Source of the DNA: Paracoccus sp. (in: a-proteobacteria)
GTDB lineage: Bacteria > Pseudomonadota > Alphaproteobacteria > Rhodobacterales > Rhodobacteraceae
Direction of reading: 5' to 3'
Length of the DNA: 64,000 nt
Assembly (NCBI RefSeq): GCF_046289755.1
Contig: NZ_JBKBVD010000010.1
Span: 12,597 to 76,596, forward strand
The notes under the pieces were generated by a model that searched no databases, had not been told where the DNA came from, and saw only the letters and a program-made list of their open reading frames with translations. The translations under genes were made by a program, and so were the position numbers. Each line of letters begins with the position of its first letter. Positions within the stretch are counted from its first letter, which is position 1. Shown here one piece after another: positions 29,928 to 41,091 of the stretch.

Positions 29928-30896
29928 TCACCCGCCCGGACGTGGACGCCGTTCACCCGCGATCCAGGGGGCAGCCTTTGCGATGACCCGTTTCTGCATC
30001 CGCAGCGCCAGCATCGACAGCGGGCGGCGGCGCAGGTTCAGCATGTAATAGGGCGCGACGCGGATGTCCTGCATGCTGGACAGAACGGCGAAATCGGCGC
30101 TGACGGGCGGGTTCATCAGCAGCTGCGCGACCTCTTCCGACACCGGGGCGATGGCGTCGCTCTGCGCCAGATAGGCGATGGTGAACAGGATCGAGGGGCT
30201 GTTGACGATATTGCCCGGCTCGGACAGTCCGGCAGCGGCGAAGGCCTCCAGCGTGGCCTCGCGGATCGGGGCGCCGCGGCTCTGCATGATCCATTCGCTG
30301 TCGACCAGCTCGCCCAACGCGACCGCGGGTTTGTGCGCCAGAGGATGCCGGGCGCGCACGCAAAAGGTGACCTTTTCGTCGCGCATCGGCAGGATCTCGA
30401 AATCGCGGCTGTCGAATTCGGGCAGGATCCGGCCCAGCACGAAATCCATATCCCCCGTCACCAGATGGCCCAGCAACTCGCGCGAGGGCATGACATCGAC
30501 GGTGATGTCGGCGTCGGGCGTCTCGTGCTTGATCTCGCGGATGGCCGAGGCGAGATAGCCGACCGCAGGCCCGGTGACCGCCCCCACCCGCACCGACCCG
30601 GCCAGCCCCCCGCGCAGCGCGCTGACATCCTCGGCCATGCTGCTGGTTTCGCGCAGAATGACACGGGCGCGGCGCAGGATGGTCTGGCCCAGCTCGGTCG
30701 GCACCATCCCTTTGGGCTGGCGCAGAAACAGCGGTGCGCCGATCTGACGCTCGGTCTCGGCCAGCATGCGCGAGGCGGCGGGCTGCGCGATGCCGCAAAC
30801 CGCCGCTGCCTGTTGCAACTGGCCGCTGTCGGCGATTTCGACGATCAGACGCAGTTGCGCGGGCTTGAGCAAAAAGCGGGCCGGGGGGTTCAGCAT
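29928..30896 (-). CDS. gbpR: LysR-family regulator, GbpR-like
   Basis: LysR HTH ([14 protein letters not shown]...[12 protein letters not shown]); divergent from chvE as in Agrobacterium. Confidence 0.85.
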   Translation of the reverse strand: MLNPPARFLLKPAQLRLIVEIADSGQLQQAAAVCGIAQPAASRMLAETERQIGAPLFLRQPKGMVPTELGQTILRRARVILRETSSMAEDVSALRGGLAGSVRVGAVTGPAVGYLASAIREIKHETPDADITVDVMPSRELLGHLVTGDMDFVLGRILPEFDSRDFEILPMRDEKVTFCVRARHPLAHKPAVALGELVDSEWIMQSRGAPIREATLEAFAAAGLSEPGNIVNSPSILFTIAYLAQSDAIAPVSEEVAQLLMNPPVSADFAVLSSMQDIRVAPYYMLNLRRRPLSMLALRMQKRVIAKAAPWIAGERRPRPGG

Positions 30897-30919
30897 ATCA
30901 ATTCCGTTATGCAGATTAC

Positions 30920-30938
30920 TGATAATATCATTTTATCA
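30920..30938. promoter_or_regulatory. LysR-type operator TGATAA-N7-TTATCA
   Basis: AT-rich inverted repeat just upstream of the LysR start codon. Confidence 0.55.
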
Positions 30939-31028
30939 TTATGTCCCAACATTGCTATCCTTCTGTTGCGCCCCCTTGCCGGGGCATCAACTGGGGTGGC
31001 GGGCAAACCCGTCACGGGGGGAGGATAC

Positions 31029-32084
31029 ATGAAAACCAAAACCGCCGCGGTCGCGCTGGCGATCGGAGTGTCGTGGCTGGCCATCAGTGCGTCGGCTGAA
31101 ACCGTCGGGATCTCGATGCCGACGCAGTCGTCGGCCCGCTGGATTGATGACGGCAACAATATGGTCCGGCTGTTCGAAGAGGCCGGCTATGACACCGACC
31201 TGCAATATGCCGAGGATGACATCCCGAACCAGCTGGCCCAGGTCGAGAACATGATCACCAAGGGCGTCGATGTGCTGGTGATCGCCGCCATCGACGGCAC
31301 CACCCTGTCGAACGCGCTGGCCAATGCCGCCGCATCCGACATCAAGGTGATCGCCTATGACCGGCTGATCCGCGACACGCCCGATGTCAGCTATTACGCG
31401 ACCTTTGACAACTTCAAGGTGGGGGTCGAGCAGGCCAGTTCGCTGGTCCGGGGCCTGGAAGAGCGGTTCGCCGACACCCAGCCCTGGAATGTCGAGCTGT
31501 TCGGCGGCAGCCCCGACGACAACAACGCCTATTTCTTCTATGACGGCGCCATGTCGATCCTGCAGCCGCTGATCGACGAGGGCCGCATCGTGATCCTGTC
31601 CGGGCAGGAAGGCATGGCCACGGTCGGCACGCTGCGCTGGGACGGATCGGCCGCGCAGGCGCGGATGGATAACCTGCTCTCGGCCAATTACACCGATGCG
31701 CAGGTCCATGGCGTGCTGTCGCCCTATGACGGCATCTCGATCGGGATTCTGTCGTCGCTGAAAGGCGTCGGCTATGGCTCGGGCGATCAGCCCATGCCCA
31801 TCGTGACCGGTCAGGACGCCGAGGTGCAGTCGGTCAAGTCGATCCAGGCGGGCGAGCAGTATTCGACCGTGTTCAAGGACACGCGCGAGCTGGCCCGCGT
31901 CACTGTCGGCATGGTCGATGCCATGATCAAGGGGACCGAGCCCGAGGTGAACGACACCGAGACCTATGACAATGGCGTCAAGGTCGTGCCCTCCTACCTG
32001 CTGGAGCCGGTGCCGGTCGACGGTTCGAACTGGCAAGAGGTGCTGATCGACAGCGGCTATTACACCCTCGAACAGCTGCAATAA
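31029..32084 (+). CDS. chvE: Multiple-sugar-binding periplasmic protein ChvE
   Basis: [56 protein letters not shown]. Confidence 0.95.
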   Translation: MKTKTAAVALAIGVSWLAISASAETVGISMPTQSSARWIDDGNNMVRLFEEAGYDTDLQYAEDDIPNQLAQVENMITKGVDVLVIAAIDGTTLSNALANAAASDIKVIAYDRLIRDTPDVSYYATFDNFKVGVEQASSLVRGLEERFADTQPWNVELFGGSPDDNNAYFFYDGAMSILQPLIDEGRIVILSGQEGMATVGTLRWDGSAAQARMDNLLSANYTDAQVHGVLSPYDGISIGILSSLKGVGYGSGDQPMPIVTGQDAEVQSVKSIQAGEQYSTVFKDTRELARVTVGMVDAMIKGTEPEVNDTETYDNGVKVVPSYLLEPVPVDGSNWQEVLIDSGYYTLEQLQ

Positions 32085-32091
32085 GCCATGC

Positions 32092-32120
32092 GAACCGTCC
32101 CCTTTCGCGGGGGGCGGTTC
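32092..32120 (+). other. Intercistronic stem-loop after chvE (mRNA stabiliser/attenuator)
   Basis: gaaccgtcccc-tttcgcg-gggggcggttc, typical position after a binding-protein gene. Confidence 0.5.
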
Positions 32121-32138
32121 CACAGCAGGAACGAACCG

Positions 32139-33659
32139 ATGACCGCACTTCTGGAAATGCGCCGCATCACCAAGACCTTTCCGGGGGTCAAGGCGCTGGA
32201 CGATGTCAGCCTGTCCGTGGCCAAGGGAGAGATCCACGCCATCTGCGGCGAAAACGGCGCCGGGAAATCCACGCTGATGAAGGTGCTGTCGGGCGTCTAT
32301 CCGGTCGGCAGCTATGAGGGCGACATCATCTATGACGGCAAGCCCGCCGCCTTCCGCACGATCCGCGACAGCGAGGATCTGGGCATCATCATCATCCATC
32401 AGGAGCTGGCGCTGGTGCCGCTGCTGACCATCGCCGAGAACATCTTTCTGGGCAATGAACGCAGCCACCGTGGCGTGTTCGACTGGCCCGAGACCTTTCG
32501 CCAGACCGAGGGGCTGCTGGCCAAGGTCGGCCTGCGCGAGACACCGGGCACCAAAGTCGAGGCGCTTGGCGTCGGCAAGCAGCAGCTGGTCGAGATCGCC
32601 AAGGCCCTGTCCAAGAACGTCCGCCTGCTGATTCTGGACGAGCCGACTGCCGCCCTGTCCGAGGGAGACAGTCAGGCGCTGCTGGACCTGCTGCTGGAGC
32701 TGAAGGCGCAGGGTGTCACCAGCATCATCATCAGCCACAAGCTGAACGAGGTCCGCCGGGTGGCCGACAGCGTGACGGTGATCCGCGACGGGGCCACGAT
32801 TTCGACCATCGACGCGCGGGCGGGCGATCTGACCGAAGACCGCATCGTGCGCGACATGGTGGGCCGCGACATGGCGCATCGCTATCCCGACCGCGACAGG
32901 CGCGCGGGCGAGGTGGTGTTCGAACTGTCCGGCTGGAATGTGGGGCATCCCGAGCATCGCGACCGCCGGATGATCCGCGATCTGTCGATGAATGTGCGCG
33001 CGGGCGAGGTGGTGGGCATCGCGGGCCTGATGGGCGCGGGCCGGACCGAGCTGGCGATGAGCATTTTCGGCAAAAGCTATGGCCGCGACATTTCCGGCAC
33101 GGTGCGGATGCACGGGCAGGTGGTCGATGTCTCGACCGTGGACCGGGCGATTGCCGCCGGGCTGGCCTATGTCACCGAGGACCGCAAGACGCTTGGCCTG
33201 ATCCTGGATGAGACGATCCGGCGCAATACCGTGCTGGCCAATCTGGGCGCGGTCGCCACGCGCGGCGTCGTCGATGACGGGCGCGAGACCGAGGTGGCCG
33301 AGACCTACCGCCGCAGCCTGCGCATCCGCACGCCCTCGGTGTTTCAGAAGGTGATGAACCTGTCGGGCGGCAATCAGCAGAAGGTGGTGCTGGCCAAATG
33401 GCTGTTCACCAATCCCGAGCTGCTGATTCTGGACGAACCCACGCGCGGCATCGACGTGGGCGCGAAATACGAAATCTACAACATTATCAACGACCTCAGC
33501 GCCGCCGGAAAGGCCGTCATCATGATCTCGTCCGAGATGCCCGAACTCTTGGGCATGTGCGACCGGGTCTATGTGATGAATCAGGGCCGGTTCGTGGGGG
33601 AACTGACCTCGGACGAGGCCAGTCAGGAAGCGATCATGTCGCTGATCGTCAGGGAATAG
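32139..33659 (+). CDS. gguA: Sugar ABC transporter ATP-binding protein GguA/MmsA
   Basis: [14 protein letters not shown] twice, LSGGNQQKV; two ABC domains. Confidence 0.93.
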   Translation: MTALLEMRRITKTFPGVKALDDVSLSVAKGEIHAICGENGAGKSTLMKVLSGVYPVGSYEGDIIYDGKPAAFRTIRDSEDLGIIIIHQELALVPLLTIAENIFLGNERSHRGVFDWPETFRQTEGLLAKVGLRETPGTKVEALGVGKQQLVEIAKALSKNVRLLILDEPTAALSEGDSQALLDLLLELKAQGVTSIIISHKLNEVRRVADSVTVIRDGATISTIDARAGDLTEDRIVRDMVGRDMAHRYPDRDRRAGEVVFELSGWNVGHPEHRDRRMIRDLSMNVRAGEVVGIAGLMGAGRTELAMSIFGKSYGRDISGTVRMHGQVVDVSTVDRAIAAGLAYVTEDRKTLGLILDETIRRNTVLANLGAVATRGVVDDGRETEVAETYRRSLRIRTPSVFQKVMNLSGGNQQKVVLAKWLFTNPELLILDEPTRGIDVGAKYEIYNIINDLSAAGKAVIMISSEMPELLGMCDRVYVMNQGRFVGELTSDEASQEAIMSLIVRE

Positions 33660-33668
33660 GGGACAACC

Positions 33669-34859
33669 ATGGTGGAACAGACCGAACACGCGCCGGCCAT
33701 GAGCATCGGCGCCTATGTGGCGCGGCATATCCGCGAATACGGGCTGCTGTTCGCGCTGATCGCGATCATGGCGTTTTTCCAGATCGTGACCGGAGGCGTG
33801 CTGCTGCGGCCCGTCAACATCACCAACCTGTTCCTGCAGAACAGCTATATCATCATCATGGCGCTTGGCATGTTGCTGGTGATCGTGGCGGGCCATATCG
33901 ACCTGTCGGTCGGCTCGGTCATGGGGTTCATCGGCGCGCTGGCGGCGGTGATGATCGTGACGATGGGCATGCCGGTCTGGGCGGCGATGGCGATCTGTAT
34001 CGTTGCAGGCATGGCGATCGGGGCGGTGCAGGGCTATTTCGTCGCCTATTGGAAGATCCCGTCATTCATCGTCACGCTGGCGGGGATGCTGGTCTTTCGC
34101 GGGCTGTCGCTGTGGCTGCTGGCGGGCCAGTCGGTCGGGCCGTTCCCGGCGAACTTCCAGCTGCTGTCCACCGGCTTCATTCCTGATATTCTGGGCATCG
34201 GCCGCCCCAACGGGCTGGCGCTGGCCTCGGGCGTGCTGGCGGTGTCGCTGATCCTGTGGATCGGGTTGCGCGCCCGCGCCCGCAGCGCCCGCTATGGCAT
34301 CGGCGATGAGCCCTTTGCGCTGTTCCTGATCCGCAACGGCATCGTCGCCGCCGCGATCCTGTTCGTGACCTGGAAGCTGGCCTGGTTCCGGGGCCTGCCC
34401 AATGTGCTGCTGTCGATGGTCATCCTGACGGTGATCTATGTGTTCCTGACCGAGCGCACCACCATCGGGCGGCGGATCTATGCGGTGGGCGGCAATGCCA
34501 AGGCCGCGAAATTGTCGGGCATCCGCACGGAACGGCTGACCTTTCTGGCCTTTGTGAATATGGGGATGCTGGCCGCTTTGGCCGGGCTGATCTTTGCCGC
34601 CCGGCTGAACACCGCCACCCCCCGCGCCGGTTTCGCGGTCGAACTCGACGTGATCGCGGCGGTCTTTATCGGCGGGGCGTCCATGTCGGGCGGCGTGGGC
34701 CGGATCGTGGGGGCGGTCACCGGCGCCTTCATCATGGGGGTGATGAACAACGGCATGTCCATCATGGGCATCGGCATTGATTACCAGCAGGTGATCAAGG
34801 GTCTGGTGCTGCTGGCCGCCGTCTTCTTCGACGTTTACAACAAAAACCGCGAGGCCTGA
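33669..34859 (+). CDS. gguB: Sugar ABC transporter permease GguB/MmsB
   Basis: IDLSVGS, PSFIVTLAGML, GRRIYAVGGNAKAAKLSGI, ELDVIAAVFIGG. Confidence 0.93.
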   Translation: MVEQTEHAPAMSIGAYVARHIREYGLLFALIAIMAFFQIVTGGVLLRPVNITNLFLQNSYIIIMALGMLLVIVAGHIDLSVGSVMGFIGALAAVMIVTMGMPVWAAMAICIVAGMAIGAVQGYFVAYWKIPSFIVTLAGMLVFRGLSLWLLAGQSVGPFPANFQLLSTGFIPDILGIGRPNGLALASGVLAVSLILWIGLRARARSARYGIGDEPFALFLIRNGIVAAAILFVTWKLAWFRGLPNVLLSMVILTVIYVFLTERTTIGRRIYAVGGNAKAAKLSGIRTERLTFLAFVNMGMLAALAGLIFAARLNTATPRAGFAVELDVIAAVFIGGASMSGGVGRIVGAVTGAFIMGVMNNGMSIMGIGIDYQQVIKGLVLLAAVFFDVYNKNREA

Positions 34860-34862
34860 GCC

Positions 34863-35852
34863 ATGCTGCTGTCGCAACTGAACCTGCCTGACGGCACCCG
34901 CGCCGTCGCCGCCCGGACCGATGGCGGCGCCCATCTGGTCCCCGGCGTGACCTCGACCCGCGATCTTGCGCTGGCCGCGCTGGCGGCGGGCCGCAGCCTG
35001 AAGGCCGAGGTGGCCGCGCGCGGCGCAGGCGATCCGGTCGATCTGGAGGGCGCGCTGCGCGATGGCCGGTTGCTGGTGCCGCTGGACCATCCCGATCCGG
35101 CGCATCTGCATCTGACCGGCACCGGCCTGACCCATCTGGGCAGCGCTGCCACCCGCGACGCGATGCACAAGAACCCCGACCCGCAATCCATGACCGACAG
35201 CATGAAGATGTTCCGCATGGGGGTCGAGGGCGGCAAGCCCGCGTCGGGCCAGACCGGCGCCCAGCCCGAATGGTTCTACAAGGGCAACGGCCATGCGGCG
35301 GTGGCGCCGGGTGCGGCGCTGACCTCGCCCGCCTTCGCGCTGGATGCGGGCGAAGAGCCCGAGATTGCCGGGCTTTACATGATCGCGCCGGACGGGCGCC
35401 CGGTGCGGCTGGGCTTTGCGCTGGCCAATGAATTCTCGGACCATGTGACCGAGCGCGGCAACTATCTGTGGCTGGCCCATTCCAAGCTGCGCCCCGCCAG
35501 TTTCGGCCCCGAGATGCGGGTGGGCGATCTGCCCGGCCATGTCGAGGGCACCAGCCGCCTGATCCGCGACGGCGCCGTGATCTGGGAAAAGCCCTTCCTG
35601 TCGGGCGAGGCGAACATGTCCCACAGCCTGGCCAATCTGGAACATCACCACTTCAAATATGACATCTTCCGCCAGCCCGGCGATGTGCATGTGCATTTCT
35701 TCGGCACCGCCACGCTGTCCTTCGCTGACGGGATCACCACGCAGCAGGGCGACCGCTTTCAGATTGAATGCCCGGATTTCGGCCTGCCGCTGGAAAACCC
35801 CCTGACCCAAGACACAGCCGACGCGCGCCCGCGTGCCGTCGCCGCCCTGTAA
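34863..35852 (+). CDS. AraD1/GguC-family (FAH superfamily) protein
   Basis: GTGLTHLGSA, QPEWFYKG, GEEPEIAG, NEFSDH, NYLWLAHSKLR. Confidence 0.85.
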   Translation: MLLSQLNLPDGTRAVAARTDGGAHLVPGVTSTRDLALAALAAGRSLKAEVAARGAGDPVDLEGALRDGRLLVPLDHPDPAHLHLTGTGLTHLGSAATRDAMHKNPDPQSMTDSMKMFRMGVEGGKPASGQTGAQPEWFYKGNGHAAVAPGAALTSPAFALDAGEEPEIAGLYMIAPDGRPVRLGFALANEFSDHVTERGNYLWLAHSKLRPASFGPEMRVGDLPGHVEGTSRLIRDGAVIWEKPFLSGEANMSHSLANLEHHHFKYDIFRQPGDVHVHFFGTATLSFADGITTQQGDRFQIECPDFGLPLENPLTQDTADARPRAVAAL

Positions 35853-35863
35853 GGTTTCGCGCC

Positions 35864-37606
35864 ATGAGTTTCACCCCCGCCCCCTGGCCCCGCAAACTGC
35901 GCTCGCAAGAATGGTATGGCGGCACGTCCCGCGATACGATCTATCATCGAGGCTGGATGAAGAATCAGGGCTATCCGCATGATCTGTTTGACGGAAGGCC
36001 GATCATCGGCATCCTGAACACCTGGTCGGACCTGACGCCCTGCAACGGCCATCTGCGCGAACTGGCCGAAAAGGTCAAAGCCGGGATATGGGAGGCCGGG
36101 GGCTTTCCTGTCGAGGTGCCGGTGTTTTCGGCCAGCGAGAACACCTTTCGCCCCTCGGCCATGATGTTCCGCAATCTGGCGGCGCTGGCGATCGAGGAAA
36201 CCATCCGCGGACAGCCGATGGACGGCGCCGTGCTGCTGGTCGGCTGCGACAAGACCACGCCCAGCCTGCTGATGGCGGCGGCAAGCTGCGACATTCCCTC
36301 GATCGTGGTCACCGGTGGGCCGATGCTGAACGGTTATTTCCGGGGGGAACGGGTCGGGTCGGGCACCCATCTGTGGAAGTTCAGCGAGGCCGTGAAGGCC
36401 GGAGAGATGACACAGGACGAGTTTGTCGAGGCCGAGGCGTCGATGTCGCGGTCCTCGGGCACCTGCAACACAATGGGCACGGCCTCCACCATGGCTTCGA
36501 TGGCCGAGGCGTTTGGCATGGCGCTGTCGGGCAATGCCGCGATCCCGGCGGTGGACAGTCGCCGCCGGGTGATGGCGCAGATGTCGGGGCGGCGCATCGT
36601 GCAGATGGTCAAGGATGATCTGAAACCGTCCGACATCATGACGAAAGCGGCGTTCGAGAATGCCATCCGCGTCAATGGCGCCATCGGTGGCTCGACCAAT
36701 GCGGTGGTCCATCTGCTGGCCATGGCGGGGCGCGTGGGCGTCGATGTGACGCTGGATGACTGGGACCGCTGCGGGCGCGACGTGGCGACCATCGTGAACC
36801 TGATGCCCTCGGGCAAATACCTGATGGAAGAGTTCTTCTATGCCGGCGGCCTGCCCGTGGTCATCAAGCGGCTGGCCGAGGCGGGGCAGTTGCACCGTGA
36901 TGCGCTGACGGTCAGCGGCGCGACCATCTGGGACGAGGTCCGCGATGTGGTGAACTGGAACGAGGATGTGATCCGTCCCGCCGATAATCCGCTGACCCCG
37001 CAGGGCGGCATTGCGGTGCTGCGCGGCAATCTGGCGCCCAAGGGGGCGGTGCTGAAACCCTCGGCGGCCAGCCCGCATCTGCTGACCCATCGGGGCCGGG
37101 CGGTCGTCTTCGAGGATATCGACGACTACAAGGCGCGGATCGAGGATGAGGCGCTGGACATCGACGAGACCTGCGTGATGGTGCTGAAGAACTGCGGCCC
37201 CAAAGGCTATCCGGGCATGGCCGAGGTCGGCAATATGGGCCTGCCGCCCAAGGTTCTGCGCAAGGGCATCACCGATATGATCCGCATCTCGGATGCGCGC
37301 ATGTCGGGCACGGCTTACGGGACCGTCGTGCTGCACACCTCGCCCGAGGCGGCGGCGGGCGGGCCTCTGGCCGTCGTGCAGAACGGCGACATGATCGAGC
37401 TGGACGTGCCGAACCGCAGGTTGCATCTGGACATCTCTGACGCGGAACTGGCCACGCGTCTGGCCGCCTGGCAGCCGCTGCCCGACCAGCCGACCAGCGG
37501 TTACGCCTTCCTGCATCAGCAGCATGTGATGGGGGCCGATACCGGCGCCGACATGGACTTTCTCGTCGGCTGCCGGGGCAATGCGGTCGGAAAGGACAGC
37601 CACTGA
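35864..37606 (+). CDS. IlvD/Edd-family sugar-acid dehydratase (L-arabinonate/D-galactonate type)
   Basis: NTWSDLTPCNGH, GCDKTTP, GTCNTMGTAST, GGSTNA, SDARMSGT. Confidence 0.9.
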   Translation: MSFTPAPWPRKLRSQEWYGGTSRDTIYHRGWMKNQGYPHDLFDGRPIIGILNTWSDLTPCNGHLRELAEKVKAGIWEAGGFPVEVPVFSASENTFRPSAMMFRNLAALAIEETIRGQPMDGAVLLVGCDKTTPSLLMAAASCDIPSIVVTGGPMLNGYFRGERVGSGTHLWKFSEAVKAGEMTQDEFVEAEASMSRSSGTCNTMGTASTMASMAEAFGMALSGNAAIPAVDSRRRVMAQMSGRRIVQMVKDDLKPSDIMTKAAFENAIRVNGAIGGSTNAVVHLLAMAGRVGVDVTLDDWDRCGRDVATIVNLMPSGKYLMEEFFYAGGLPVVIKRLAEAGQLHRDALTVSGATIWDEVRDVVNWNEDVIRPADNPLTPQGGIAVLRGNLAPKGAVLKPSAASPHLLTHRGRAVVFEDIDDYKARIEDEALDIDETCVMVLKNCGPKGYPGMAEVGNMGLPPKVLRKGITDMIRISDARMSGTAYGTVVLHTSPEAAAGGPLAVVQNGDMIELDVPNRRLHLDISDAELATRLAAWQPLPDQPTSGYAFLHQQHVMGADTGADMDFLVGCRGNAVGKDSH

Positions 37607-38517
37607 TGAAACTGGCGCTTGTGGGCATCGGAAAGATCGCGCTGGACCAGCATGTGCCCGCGCTGGCCGACAGCCCGGACTGGGAACTGGCCGCGACCGT
37701 CTCGCGCAGCGGCACGGTGCCGGGGGTGGACAGCTTTACCGACATCGGCACGATGCTGGACACCCACCCCGAGATCGGCACCGTCAGCCTGTGCCTGCCG
37801 CCGGTTCCGCGCTTTGCGGCGGCGGTGGCGGTGCTGCGCGCGGGCCGTCACCTGATGCTGGAAAAACCCCCCGGCGCGACCCTGTCCGAGGTGCATATCC
37901 TGCATGATCTGGCCCGCGCGCAGGGGGTCAGCCTGTTTGCCACATGGCATTCGCGCATGGCCCATGGGGTGGCGGCGGCCAGGGCATGGCTGGCCGACAA
38001 GACCATCCGCGAAGGCCGCATCATCTGGCGCGAGGACATCCGCAAATGGCATCCCGGTCAGGACTGGATCCTTGAGGCGGGCGGCATGGGCGTCTTTGAT
38101 CCCGGCATCAACGCCCTGTCGATCCTGACCGAAATCCTGCCGCGCCCCGTGCATCTGACCGGCGCTGAACTGGACATGCCCGCCAACCGGCAGGCGCCGA
38201 TCGCCGCCCGGCTGCGCCTGTCGGACCAGATCACCGCGGACTTCGATTTCCTCCAGCAGGGCCCGCAGACATGGGACATGGAGTTCCAGACCGATGCGGG
38301 TCCTCTGGCCCTGCGCATGGGTGGCAATATTCTGGAAATCGACGGCCAGCCGGTCGAGGGCCGGAACAGCATCATGGGCGAATATCCGGCGCTTTACGCC
38401 CGCATGGCGGATCTGGTGCGGCAGGGGGCGTCCGATGTCGATCTGTCGCCCATGGTGCTGGTCGCGGACGCGTTCACTCTGGGCCGCCGCCGCATCGTCG
38501 AGACTTTTGAATTCTGA
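37606..38517 (+). CDS. Gfo/Idh/MocA aldose 1-dehydrogenase (D-galactose/L-arabinose)
   Basis: VGIGKIA, LEKPPGAT, WREDIRKWHPGQ, GVFDPGINALS. Confidence 0.88.
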   Translation: MKLALVGIGKIALDQHVPALADSPDWELAATVSRSGTVPGVDSFTDIGTMLDTHPEIGTVSLCLPPVPRFAAAVAVLRAGRHLMLEKPPGATLSEVHILHDLARAQGVSLFATWHSRMAHGVAAARAWLADKTIREGRIIWREDIRKWHPGQDWILEAGGMGVFDPGINALSILTEILPRPVHLTGAELDMPANRQAPIAARLRLSDQITADFDFLQQGPQTWDMEFQTDAGPLALRMGGNILEIDGQPVEGRNSIMGEYPALYARMADLVRQGASDVDLSPMVLVADAFTLGRRRIVETFEF

Positions 38518-38527
38518 AGGAAGACCA

Positions 38528-40036
38528 ATGACCCAAGAGACGCATGGCAAGCATCTGATCGCAGGCGACTGGCTGGACGGCGAGGGCGTGTTCCAATCCT
38601 CCCCGGCGACCGGATCGCCAGCCTCTTACGCCTCGGGCAGCCCGGCGCTGGTGGACCGTGCCGTACAGGCCGCCGAGGCCGCTTTCCCGGCCTTTGCCGC
38701 CACCCCGCGCGCCGACCGGGCCGCGTTTCTGGACGCCATTGCCGATCAGATCGAGGCCCGCGCCGAGGCGATCACCGCCATAGGCCACGCCGAGACCGGC
38801 CTGCCCGAGGCGCGCCTGCAAGGCGAGCGGGGCCGCACCACCGGCCAGTTGCGCCTGTTCGCGGACCATATCCGGCAAGGCGATTATCTGGACCGCCGCC
38901 ATGACGCGGCGCTGCCCGACCGTCAGCCGCTGCCGCGCCCCGACCTGCGCATGATCCAGCGGCCCATCGGGCCGGTGGCGGTGTTCGGCGCCTCGAACTT
39001 TCCGCTGGCCTTCTCGACGGCGGGGGGCGACACGGCCTCGGCGCTGGCGGCGGGCTGCCCGGTCGTGGTCAAGGGCCACCCGGCCCATCCCGGCACCGGC
39101 CAGATCGTGGCCGAGGCCGTGGACGCCGCCATCCGCCAGACCGGCATGCCCGCAGGCGTGTTCAGCTTTATCCACGGCGACACGCATGAGGTCGGGCAGG
39201 CGCTTGTCCAGCATCCGCTGATCAAGGCGGTGGGCTTTACCGGGTCGTTGCGCGGGGGCCGGGCGCTTTATGATCTGTGCGCCGCGCGCCCTGAACCGAT
39301 CCCGTTTTTCGGCGAGCTGGGCAGCGTCAATCCCTGCTTCCTGTTGCCCGAGGCGATAGCTGCGCGCGGGGACCAGATCGCCAAGGGCTGGGTCGCCAGC
39401 CTGACCATGGGCGCGGGGCAGTTCTGCACCAATCCCGGCATCGTGATCCTGCCCGCCGGGGACGCCGACGCCTTCACCGATACCGCCACCGCCGCGCTGG
39501 CTGATGCGCCCGCGCAGGTCATGCTGGCGGATGGCATTGCCGAGGGGTATCGCGCCGGGCTGGCCCGGATGGCCGGGGCCGCCGCGCCGGTCGCCATGGG
39601 CGACAACAGCGGGCGTAAGGCACGCCCGGCGCTGTTCCGCGCCACGGCGGCGCAGTTTCTGGCCAACCCGGCGCTGGCGCATGAGGTCTTTGGCCCGGCG
39701 GGGCTGATCGTCACCGCCGACAGCGACGACCAGATGCTGGATCTGGCCCGCGCGCTTGAGGGGCAGCTGACCGTCACCCTGCAGCTGGACGAGGGCGATC
39801 TCGCGCTGGCCGCGCGGCTGATGCCGGTGCTGGAACGCAAGGCGGGCCGCATTCTGGCCAATGGCTGGCCCACCGGGGTCGAGGTGGCCGATGCGATGGT
39901 GCATGGCGGCCCCTATCCCGCATCCACGAATTTCGGCGCAACCAGCGTCGGCACTCTGGCGATCCGGCGTTTTCTGCGCCCGGTCAGTTTCCAGAACCTG
40001 CCGGGCGCCCTGCTGCCCCCCGATTTGCGCGACTGA
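38528..40036 (+). CDS. NADP-dependent aldehyde dehydrogenase, 2-ketoglutarate semialdehyde dehydrogenase type
   Basis: GASNFPLAFS, KGHPAHPGT, GFTGS, ELGSVNP, GQFCTNPG, HGGPYPAS. Confidence 0.9.
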   Translation: MTQETHGKHLIAGDWLDGEGVFQSSPATGSPASYASGSPALVDRAVQAAEAAFPAFAATPRADRAAFLDAIADQIEARAEAITAIGHAETGLPEARLQGERGRTTGQLRLFADHIRQGDYLDRRHDAALPDRQPLPRPDLRMIQRPIGPVAVFGASNFPLAFSTAGGDTASALAAGCPVVVKGHPAHPGTGQIVAEAVDAAIRQTGMPAGVFSFIHGDTHEVGQALVQHPLIKAVGFTGSLRGGRALYDLCAARPEPIPFFGELGSVNPCFLLPEAIAARGDQIAKGWVASLTMGAGQFCTNPGIVILPAGDADAFTDTATAALADAPAQVMLADGIAEGYRAGLARMAGAAAPVAMGDNSGRKARPALFRATAAQFLANPALAHEVFGPAGLIVTADSDDQMLDLARALEGQLTVTLQLDEGDLALAARLMPVLERKAGRILANGWPTGVEVADAMVHGGPYPASTNFGATSVGTLAIRRFLRPVSFQNLPGALLPPDLRD

Positions 40037-40085
40037 GAGGGAACAGGCGCGCGAAAACACGACCACAACTTCAAGGGAGGTTACT

Positions 40086-41036
40086 ATGACCAGAACATTG
40101 ATGACGACGGCGGCGGTGCTTGCACTCTGCGGCACGGCGGCGCTCGCGCAGACCGTGGGATTCTCGCAGATCGGCTCGGAATCGGGCTGGCGGGCGGCGG
40201 AAACCACGCTGACGCGCCAACAGGCCGAAGAACGCGGCTATACGCTGCAATTCTCGGATGCGCAGCAGCGGCAGGAAAACCAGATCGCCGCGATCCGGTC
40301 CTTTGTGGCGCAGGGCGTCGATGCGATCCTGCTGGCGCCGGTCGTGGCGACCGGCTGGGATTCGGTGCTGGAAGAGGCCGCCGAGGCCGAGATCCCGGTC
40401 GTGCTGCTGGACCGCCGCGTGGACAGCGATGACAGCCTCTATCTGACCGCCGTCGGCTCGGATCTGGTGCATGAGGGTCAGGTCGCGGGCCAGTGGCTGG
40501 TCGATGAGGTCGCGGGCGCCGACTGCCGCATCGTCGAATTGCAGGGCACGACCGGATCGAGCCCCGCCATCGACCGCAAGACCGGGTTCGAGAACGCCAT
40601 CGCAGGCCATGACAATCTGGAGATCGTGCGCAGCCAGACCGGCGATTTCACCCGTGCCCTGGGCAAAGAGGTGATGGAAAGCTTCCTTCAGGCCGAAAAC
40701 GGCGGGCGCGACATCTGCGCGCTTTATGCCCATAACGACGACATGGCGGTGGGCGCCATTCAGGCCATCAAAGAGGCGGGTCTTGCGCCGGGCACTGACA
40801 TTCTGGTCGTGTCCATCGACGCCGTGCCCGACATCTTTCAGGCGATCGCGGCGGGCGAGGCGAATGCCACGGTCGAGCTGACCCCGAACATGGCCGGTCC
40901 CGCCTTTGACGTGCTGGAGGCGTTCTGGGCCGACGGCACCCTGCCCGAAAAGTTCATCCAGACCGAATCGAAGCTGTACACCGCAGCCGATGATCCGCAG
41001 GGCGAATACGACCGCCGCAAGGATCTGGGTTACTGA
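40086..41036 (+). CDS. ytfQ: Galactofuranose-type ABC substrate-binding protein YtfQ
   Basis: GFSQIGSESGWRAAET, QENQIAAIRSF, LQGTTGSSPAIDR, YAHNDDMA. Confidence 0.9.
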   Translation: MTRTLMTTAAVLALCGTAALAQTVGFSQIGSESGWRAAETTLTRQQAEERGYTLQFSDAQQRQENQIAAIRSFVAQGVDAILLAPVVATGWDSVLEEAAEAEIPVVLLDRRVDSDDSLYLTAVGSDLVHEGQVAGQWLVDEVAGADCRIVELQGTTGSSPAIDRKTGFENAIAGHDNLEIVRSQTGDFTRALGKEVMESFLQAENGGRDICALYAHNDDMAVGAIQAIKEAGLAPGTDILVVSIDAVPDIFQAIAAGEANATVELTPNMAGPAFDVLEAFWADGTLPEKFIQTESKLYTAADDPQGEYDRRKDLGY

Positions 41037-41091
41037 TCGCCTCTGGTCGGGCGGCATTGCCCGCCCGGCCAACCCCATGAAGGGACTGCCC

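Noticed and set aside
29592-31028. 830-aa ORF implying a long N-terminal extension on ChvE (similar extensions on iclR, thiolase, KGSADH, ytfQ, yjfF)
   Set aside because: Extensions overlap other genes; internal starts with RBS or translational coupling fit better
30987-33896. 969-aa minus-strand ORF and many similar long ORFs (e.g. 6399-8186, 21924-23693, 27928-29799, 35759-37603)
   Set aside because: Antisense or off-frame shadows of well-supported genes; expected at high GC, with no motifs
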